Below, piece by piece: positions 54,195 to 64,000 of a DNA stretch of 64,000 nucleotides; the first letter of the stretch is position 1; every line of letters begins with the position of its first letter. The notes below the pieces were generated by a model. That model was not told the origin of the DNA, did no database searches, and saw only the letters and a list, made by a program, of their open reading frames with translations. Source of the stretch: Eledone cirrhosa (lineage: Eukaryota); the NCBI GenBank assembly GCA_964016885.1, contig OZ024743.1, forward strand, positions 69,068,001 through 69,132,000, given 5' to 3'. The position numbers were made by a program, and so were the translations under genes.

Positions 54195-55940
54195 CGTCAG
54201 TATAGTTGGTGACGTTGCCAACCTTTTTATGGTATGGAGGGAAAGGAGAATCAAAGATCTCCTTGATGCGAGCTCCATAGACCTCATCATGTACTCTCCT
54301 TACGTAGACGACATCAATATAGTAATAAGGACATCCCCACAAGAGAGTACTAACAAGTTTGATTTAGAACGTAGCACAATGGAAAGCATCCAGCAGATAG
54401 CTAATTCCATACACCTGAGTATAACTGTAACTAACGACTACCCTTCTAAACACCCTAACAATAGAGTATGTGTATTAGACACGGAACTCTGGATTAACAC
54501 TATAGACGAGAGAGTCCATATTCTCCACTCACACTATGCTAAACCCATGGCCTCCAAATACCTGATACTCAAAAACTCAGCAATGTCCAGTAGTGCTAAG
54601 TTTAATATCCTGAGCACAGAGTTGGTACGAGTGATGAAGAACGTGTCCCGCATGTGCGACCCAACATAAATGAAAAGACACATCCAACACTTCACCAACC
54701 GCATGCAGTTCTCTGGCTACAACAAAATGGACAGAATCAGAGTATACGAAGGAGCCACGGAGAAGTATAAGACTCTCATAGAACTGGACATGAAAGGAAT
54801 TTGCCCATTATACAGGAACAAATCATAGAATAGCTTAGATAGGACTAGACATAAGATAGGGAAAGCCACCTCATGGTACGACAAGCAGAGATACCCGAGC
54901 GTCATGTTTGTTGACGCTACCCCTGGAAGGAAATTAGCTAAACAGTGTAGAAAGGCCCTGAGAAAGACCTACTTAAAGATTAAGGTGGTAGAAAATCCAG
55001 GAACCACCATAAAATCCCTGGTCAGCAAAACCTACCCTTTTAAGAAAATCCACTGTACTAATAGGAAATGTATTATATGTAAAGTAAACCCCAGGATAAA
55101 CTGTAAAACTAGAAACGTAGTCTATAACATAAGATGTACAGAGGGTACTCTCAGAAACATGACAACAACATACATAGGCGAGACAGCTCGTAGCATTGGT
55201 GAAAGGATAGACCAAGACAGGGGGGAACTAAAAGGACGACAAAACGGTTCAGTACTATACGAACATACCAGACAACAACACGACGGTAACATAGACAACA
55301 TCGAAATTAGAATAATATCTAAACATAGAAATGACCCAGCAGATAGGCAAATCAGAGATGCCGGTGAAATAGAACTTAGAAGGCCGAGGCTAAACAGAAA
55401 GAATGAATGGAATAACAACAACACCCAAGCAAACAACACTGACCTAAGAGAAGTATAAATAAATAAATAAATACATACAGAAGCACAATAACAACAAACA
55501 CATATAAACACACTAGTAAACTAAGATAGAATACAATAACCAATACACAGTCACCCGACCATCAAACACACATCAAACAAAACACTATACACACACGCAA
55601 ACGCATGCGCAGAGTAGACAAAAAATATATATATAAATAAATAAACAGACTATATAAAGATGGCGTTGGCATGCAATACAACGGGAGGAAACATAGTAGC
55701 CCCACTGACGATGTTGCAGATGTGCAACGAAAGAACTTTGTTAGAGACTATATATATGAGTTTTTGTCTATATTGTATCTGTATTTTTGACCAGTCAAAA
55801 GTAACATTGAGGACCGAATAAATTAAATTAACCGATATAAAAGATACAGAAGCGAAAAGAAACCAAACAGTGAGTGTGTTCTGTTATTAATTCTGGCAAT
55901 ATTATTACATAAATATGACCCTCCCCAAGTATAACAATAT
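54193..55940 (+). mobile_element. Decayed 5'-truncated Penelope-like element (second family)
   Basis: YVDDI RT motif, VLDTELW, and GIY-YIG NVVYNIRC...YIGETARSIGER, with in-frame stops; 3' UTR has an HHR-like motif at ~55700. Confidence 0.85.
55700..55750 (+). ncRNA. Hammerhead-like motif in the PLE 3' UTR
   Basis: CTGACGA-T-GTTGCA gatg TGCAAC-GAAA; stems I and III decayed. Confidence 0.5.
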
Positions 55941-55988
55941 ATATATATATATATTTATATATACAGTATATATATATACATATATGTA

Positions 55989-56075
<87 letters not shown>

Positions 56076-56442
56076 TTGTGCGTGTGTGTGTGTCTGTGCT
56101 TGTCTGTGTGTGCTTGTGTGTATGTGTGCTTTCACTTCCGTACTTACAGTACCAGACAGTCTGTTCTATTTACAGCCATTGCCGGTTCTCCCTCAATTGA
56201 TGTAGAGTTGTCCGAACTCTGTGTTAGCGTGTGCGTGTTTATCTGTTTAATTTCTTTCTCACATTATTTTCTGCAACCGACAATGTGGTATCGGTAGGTC
56301 AAACATAATAAAATAAAACATCACCAGTACACTCACAGCTACAAATAAGATGGCGTCCAAAAATGTACCAGCGTCGAGAAGAACACGGTTATCGCGAAGA
56401 CTTTCGCACACACACACACACAGACAAACACACACAAACACC

Positions 56443-56522
<80 letters not shown>

Positions 56523-56742
56523 TACATATATATATATACATATATATATATACACACATACATATATATATATATATACACACACACACATGCATATATA
56601 TATATATATATTTAAACATTAAATGGTATTATTTTTTCCGCCTTATCCTTTCAGCATAGCTGAGCCAATTTCCGGTCGATATATTCTTATTCTTTTTTCT
56701 CCGTCATTACACAAAGTTATATATACGTATATGTATGTATAA

Positions 56743-56843
<101 letters not shown>

Positions 56844-57109
56844 CGTCCAGTATGAAATTTGTAAAAGTTTGTAGAAAAAAACGAATTTCTACAAATGTCA
56901 TACTTGACCTAATATATATGTATATATATATGTATGTGTGTGTGTGTAAATATATATGTGTACATATATATATACACACACACAACCATATGCATTTATG
57001 TGTGAGGGGCAATCTAAGTCTTGTTTACGGGTTATGGCAATCGACTGTCTTTTTACATACACACACACATATATATAAAGAGAGAGAGAGATAGGAGACA
57101 GAGACAGAG

Positions 57110-57183
<74 letters not shown>

Positions 57184-57289
57184 GTATATATTTATACAGT
57201 TTTTCTTTTCAGAGAATATAGTCAAAATGTCTGAGCACGTATTACGTAGGTTTTTGTTAAGTGTATACATGTTATACACCAATCATATG

Positions 57290-57690
<401 letters not shown>

Positions 57691-57849
57691 TGATATAATT
57701 GTGGCATTGTGTAAATTAAAATTATACTAATATTAATAATTTTGCTTTATTCGTTTTTCAGAGCCAGATCTTTTTTCACTGAATATATTACAGATCAGAG
57801 CTGTTTCATCCATGACCATTAGAGCTGGTTACTCTAATTATCCCCTGAT

Positions 57850-58793
57850 GTCCTTTTACAACACCATCTGGACGCCATATACAAATGGGCTGAGGACAAC
57901 AACATGCAGTTTAATGCTGGAAACTTTCAAGCCCTATAATACCTAACTGCTAAAACAAATTCAATTCAACACAGCTACACAGGACAAGGTGGGATCGAAA
58001 TCCCCGTGACGAAATTGATACGAGTCCCAGGGATAGTCATGAGCGACGATGCATCTTTTTCTTCACATATCATGAGGGTGGCGACATTGTGCAGATTACT
58101 TGCTGGCTGGATCTTGAGGACTTTCCGGACAAGAGACCGAAAAACCATGTTGATACTATGGAGGACATTTGTCCTAATCCGACTGGACTAATGCTCCCAA
58201 CTGTGGTCACCCCATAGTATCAAACTAACCACGGAGCTTGGGGCAATCCAACGAAGCTACACCAAGAATATTACCACGATGGAGATGAGCTAATGAGCTA
58301 CTGGGAGAGGCTAAAAGAACTGAACCTCTACTCGTTGGAACGAAGACGGGAGAGATACGCAGTGATATACATATGGAAGATGCTGGAGGGACTAGCACCA
58401 AACTTCGGCATTGAGAGCTGGACCAACCCCCGCACAGAATGTCAATGTGTGGTGCCAAAGATCGCGTCTTTCAAATCTATAAGGAGCAGATATTGCAATA
58501 GTCTGGGGTTCAAAGGCCTTCAACTCTTCAACAAGCTGCCGAGAAATTTGAGAGATCTGCATGGTGTGGACGTGGATGTTTTCAAGAAAAATCTTGACAC
58601 TCTGCTATCCAGGATCCCGGATGAGCCCACAGCACGGTACAAAGGTAACCTAAGGGCAGCAGCAACGAACTCCCTCTTACACCAATGGCCAGCGGAGAAG
58701 GCTGGAGATAGAATGTGTAGCAACAAGGACGGTTCCCCAGCATGGCCTCAGCATGATGGCTGGAATAGGTAAAAGAGTAAAAGAGTAAAAGAA
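57850..58793 (+). mobile_element. Decayed CR1/L2-like LINE 3' part
   Basis: WAEDNNMQFN, YWERLKELNLYSLERRR, FKKNLD; (GTAAAAGA)n tail. Its 3' tip recurs at 42659-42715 (-). Confidence 0.8.
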
Positions 58794-58860
58794 TATGAAT
58801 ATATTTACACACGTACACACACACATTAATACTTAAAATGATAAAATGTATACATGTATA

Positions 58861-59461
58861 TATATATATTTCTTAAGGTTTGTTGGTTCACCACTGGATA
58901 GAACTGGTCATTCCGTATGGTAAATCCTGGTGTAATATTGTGACGAGTACTCAACGCAGTGCAGTTCAACCATCTTCGTTTGTGTAGTTGGTGGTGCGAA
59001 TACGGAGTTAATTATAAATGAAATAACAGGAGGCTGCACTGGTGTAATCCTTGAAGGGTTTATTATACTATGATCATTTCAATGACCGGGTTCCATATGA
59101 ATGCGGTGATATTATCAGGTATTGGAATATAACAAAGGAATATGTAAAATGCCATAGGTCCGAAAAACCATGGGTCCGAGAAACCAGAGACAGAGAGGGC
59201 GGCTGACCAACTAGCTTCATAGCCAGGCGCCCTCATATGGAACCCGGTCATTGAAATGATCATAGTATAATAAACCCTTCAAGGATTACACCAGTGCAGC
59301 CTCCTGTTATTTCATTTATAATTAACTCCGTATTCGCACCACCAACTACACAAACGAAGATGGGTGAACTGCACTGCATTGAGTACTCGTCACAATATTA
59401 CACCAGGATTTACCATACGGAATGACCAGTTCTATCCAGTGGTGAACCAACAAACCTTAAG

Positions 59462-59470
<9 letters not shown>
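58861..59470. repeat. Fold-back element, ~240-bp arms, 132-bp spacer
   Basis: 58861-59100 versus 59233-59470 near-perfect; TA flanks. Confidence 0.8.
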
Positions 59471-59533
<63 letters not shown>

Positions 59534-59559
59534 GGGGAGAGAGAGAGAGAGAGAGAGAG

Positions 59560-59700
59560 AGCACATCGGCATAGTCGTTCGAACGTCGGATCCAATGCTT
59601 TATGTTATTCGTACTTGATCTCTGAGTTCAAATCTAGTCGAGGTCTTTCATCCTTTCAAGGGACGATAAAACAATGTACCAGTCTAGTACTGGGTGAACT
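59560..59700 (+). mobile_element. tRNA-derived SINE (decayed)
   Basis: GAGTTCAAATC B-box followed by TTTCATCCTTT..GATAAAA. Confidence 0.6.
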
Positions 59701-59911
59701 CTTCCTCTCTATCTCTATCTGATTTTCCTCTCTTCATTTCCTATATTTTTCTGGAAGAAATCTGCTGTACTCAGGCCTAGTGAGAGATGAGCTCTGTCAG
59801 GCTTAAAATGCCGGAGAAACGCCGTATTTCAATACGGTACCGCTATGGTTCTATCAGGAATTATGGGACCATACATACACACGCCCCCTCTCTCTCTCAC
59901 ACACACACATG

Positions 59912-59943
<32 letters not shown>

Positions 59944-59956
59944 GTGTCTGTGTGTG

Positions 59957-60000
<44 letters not shown>

Positions 60001-60004
<4 letters not shown>

Positions 60005-60177
60005 AACGAGTAGGACCCCGACGGCTGAGCTCAAGCCGTTTCGATGGCTAATTCTGGACGAAACGGCTTGAGCTCAGCCGTCAGAGTCCTACTCGTTTCT
60101 ATTACCCACTATACGACCCTAAGTATTGAGTACTTTGGTGCGTTATGGTCCATCTGGTTCCTTACCACATCTCTTCG

Positions 60178-60180
<3 letters not shown>
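60001..60180. mobile_element. Miniature inverted insertion related to the Naiad-like element
   Basis: Minus piece 60001-60059 + plus piece 60059-60180, both matching the 41820-41950 end; embedded in (TA)n. Confidence 0.8.
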
Positions 60181-60223
<43 letters not shown>

Positions 60224-60234
60224 CTATCTATTTA

Positions 60235-60329
<95 letters not shown>

Positions 60330-60751
60330 TTATATCTATCTACACCTATATATATGACATGTCTCAGTGTGTGTGAATATGCCTGTATATCTGACGAACA
60401 TAAAACTTTTTAAAACATACTCATATTGGCGATCACACGAACACACAAAAACGACAATTTTAAAAGCAGACGCCCAACAAATTATCTGAGATATGTCGAT
60501 AAGGCTTCAACCACCCATATGAATAACCACACATACACTCATATAGGTGTGTCGGTGCGTGTGTATATGCATATTTGTAAATATATCTATCATCAAATGT
60601 GATATAGACACACACATACACACACATTATATATATATATGTATATACATATGTATTTACATATATCTATCTATATATATATATACACGCATAAATACAT
60701 ATATACATATGTATATATCTATATATATATATACATATATGTATGTATATC

Positions 60752-60818
<67 letters not shown>

Positions 60819-61187
60819 ACAGATAAACATATATATTTTCTATACCTTTCATTTATTAATATATATATATATATGTGTGTGTGTGTGTACAGATAAACAC
60901 ACGTATAGATATACATATACATATTTATGCATATATATATATAGATATATACACGTATAAAACACATATACACACACATATATATATGTGTGTGCGTGTG
61001 TGTACATAGGTATGTATATGCACTTACACATACACACGTACACACATATGTTTATATCCATGTATATGTGTCCATATGTAAGCAGCATGCTAATCGACAT
61101 GACAGATGCCACCCTATACTTCTCTTTCATTACTTACCACCACATAAAGATAAGGGTGAATTATGGGGTACAGGGGTGACTCTTTCG

Positions 61188-61246
<59 letters not shown>

Positions 61247-61322
61247 GTATGTATATATAATAGTATATTCGTTGTTGATGTTTGTGACAGACTATTACAA
61301 ACTTATCTTAGACTAGTTGTAC

Positions 61323-61447
<125 letters not shown>

Positions 61448-61476
61448 CATATATACATACATATATACATACATAC

Positions 61477-61518
<42 letters not shown>

Positions 61519-62235
61519 ACCCATTAATATATAGACACCCATATGGGAATATTTATAGATAATGTCACACTCTTCAAACATCCTTTAAAAGCTCACAAAC
61601 GTACAGCCCCCGACACACACACATCCCTTCCCTCATATATATACATATACACATACGAAAATATAATAAGCACATACAGTGGAATCTTACGAAAACTTAA
61701 GAACCATTTCCAAATAGTTCTTTTATTTTTGATAAACAAAATGTGGAAAAAAAATCCAACAGCAGAAAAATAACAGTACCAACGTAAACAACAAAGACAA
61801 TTAAGAAAAAGCGAAGCCATCACAACTATCGCAACAACACAACACATAGTGATAGCAAGAAGAACATCAACAACAAAACAATTATACATCACCCAGAATT
61901 ATTTTCTAAAAGAGCATATGAAAATATACTTGCGATCCATCTAGAACTCTTTTCTTGTAGGCTGGTGAAAATGTTCTTCTTTAATACCGTACACTGTTGC
62001 GTCAGTGAAACTATGCCTCTCACATCCTCCATACAAGTGGTTCGCTATTTTGTAATATATTTAATAAAATATTCCTTGGCTTTCAGTTTACTATTGAGGA
62101 CCACTCAGTTGAACGTAAATGTTTTCTTGGGAAATTGGAGTGGTTAAGTGATAAAACCTGACATTATAAACTATATTCGTCAGTGTCAGGCTTGTGTGTC
62201 TCTGTGCATGTCTATCTATCTATCTATCTATCTAT

Positions 62236-62775
62236 CCATCAAGCCGCCTCCCCCCTTCAAAGATGAAGCAGAGGCGGTGTTTCTGTGCGTAATAGCCATG
62301 GCGAAAGAGGTTGTATGGTGGACGCGTCTGAAAGGACTGAGGTCGGGCACCTTTCTCTCTGGCCAACAACTGGTCCGTTTCTTCCGATATCATTTCGGAA
62401 GAAGGATCAGGATGGAGAGAGAGGTGCTGCACCCCAGCCGTTTCTATGAAAGATGGGTGAAAGTGGCGAGAATGGCCCGTGTGAATGGGCCTTCACTCTA
62501 CATCAGACTATAGGTGAGGAAGATGAAAGACCAAGGGAGCACCCCTTCTCTGTGCTCCTGAGGAGTAGGGTTGCACACTTTTTTCGGGGGTGTGTGCGAC
62601 CCCCCAAGGCGCCTCCTCTCTATTGAGGATTTTGTTAAACATTTTATTTTTTGTTATATCTTATTTTATTTTTATATTTTGTTATTGCCTCCTCCTTATT
62701 GAGGACGCCTTTTTGTGTAAACTCCCCCCTTTGTACTTGTCCCACTTTTGATGCCCTAGTGGCAAATAAAAGAAA
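62236..62775 (+). mobile_element. Tx1/L1-like LINE 3' end
   Basis: AKEVVWWTR..FYERWVKVARMARVNG, homologous to 45580-45830; (TCTA)n flanks. Confidence 0.7.
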
Positions 62776-62794
62776 TATATCTATCTATCTATCC

Positions 62795-62899
<105 letters not shown>

Positions 62900-63129
62900 C
62901 ACACACACACACATAAATATATATATATATATATATATAGCAATAGTATATCAAATATATATCGCGTCCCCAATACGTCGAATTCACTAATGCCTTTGCA
63001 TTCGGTAATTAAATCATGTACTCCGCACTCATGTATTGAATGCTCATTCAATTAACATTTTAACGGTTTTTCGTACGCGCGTTTATAAAACTGAATCCCC
63101 CCCCTCTCTCTTTCCCGCTCTTACTCTCT

Positions 63130-63329
63130 NNNNNNNNNNNNNNNNNNNNNNNNNNNNNNNNNNNNNNNNNNNNNNNNNNNNNNNNNNNNNNNNNNNNNNN
63201 NNNNNNNNNNNNNNNNNNNNNNNNNNNNNNNNNNNNNNNNNNNNNNNNNNNNNNNNNNNNNNNNNNNNNNNNNNNNNNNNNNNNNNNNNNNNNNNNNNNN
63301 NNNNNNNNNNNNNNNNNNNNNNNNNNNNN
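63130..63329. other. Assembly gap (200 N)
   Basis: Run of N. Confidence 1.
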
Positions 63330-64000
63330 AACCCACTGTACCAATAGGAAATGTATCATATGTAAGGTGAACCCCCGGATAAACTGTAAAACTAGAAACG
63401 TAGTCTATAGCATAAGATGTACAGAGGGTACTTGCAGAAACACGACAACAACATACATAGGTGAGACAGCTCGTAGCATAGGTGAACGGATAGACCAACA
63501 CTGGGGGGAACTAAAAGGACGAAAAAACGGGTCAGTACTATACGAACATGCTAGACAACACCATGACGGTAACATAGACAACATAGAAATTAGAATAATA
63601 TCTAAACATAGGAATGACCCAGCAGATAGGCAAATCAGAGAGGCCAGTGAAATAGAAATTAGAAGACCAAAGCTAAACAGAAAGAATGAGTGGAACAACA
63701 ACAACACCCAAACAAACAACACTGACCTAAGAGAAGTATAAATAAATAAGTAAATTAAATTAAATAAAATAAGATAAATAAATACATACACAAGCACATA
63801 AACACACACTAGTCACCCAGCAGACAACACTATACACACTAGTCACACATCACACATCACACATAACACTATACACACACGCAAACGCATGCGCAAAGAA
63901 GACAAAATAAAATAAGATAAACAAACAAGCAAATAAATAAATAAATATATAGACAGACTGAACAAAAAAAATGGCGTAGACATACAACACAACAGGAGGA
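63330..64000 (+). mobile_element. Second copy of the 54.2-kb PLE family (GIY-YIG + 3' UTR), cut by the gap and window edge
   Basis: ORF 63367-63741 closely matches the C-terminal part of 54904-55458. Confidence 0.85.

Noticed and set aside
59775-59850. GATGAG..GAAAC hairpin cluster
   Set aside because: CU of the core is absent and the stem III register does not fit a hammerhead.

Overview
This is AT-rich, microsatellite-saturated eukaryotic repeat DNA. The tRNA-derived SINEs and repeat spectrum suggest a cephalopod/octopus-like genome (inference). No host protein-coding exon can be supported. The centrepiece is a young, intact Penelope-like retroelement (PLE, Naiad-like RT + GIY-YIG) at 33919-41950, arranged as inverted copy + partial tandem copy + full copy inside a (TA)n tract. 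Each of its three terminal repeats carries a type I hammerhead ribozyme (HHR) with a compensated U3-A8 core (UUGAGAA). Reading both strands by eye gives about 25-28 intact or decayed HHR motifs from several unrelated non-coding families. These include two tandem 'retrozyme'-like families (~320 bp and ~430 bp units), HHRs whose stem III is a (TA)n palindrome, and fold-back insertions with one-sided 80-100 nt tails. Other content: 5'-truncated RTE, CR1/L2, Tx1-like and Dong/R4 LINE fragments, a decayed second PLE family, SINEs, piggyBac-type MITEs, a Helentron-like element, a 30-bp minisatellite and a 200-N gap. All folds were made by hand; none was computed or tested.
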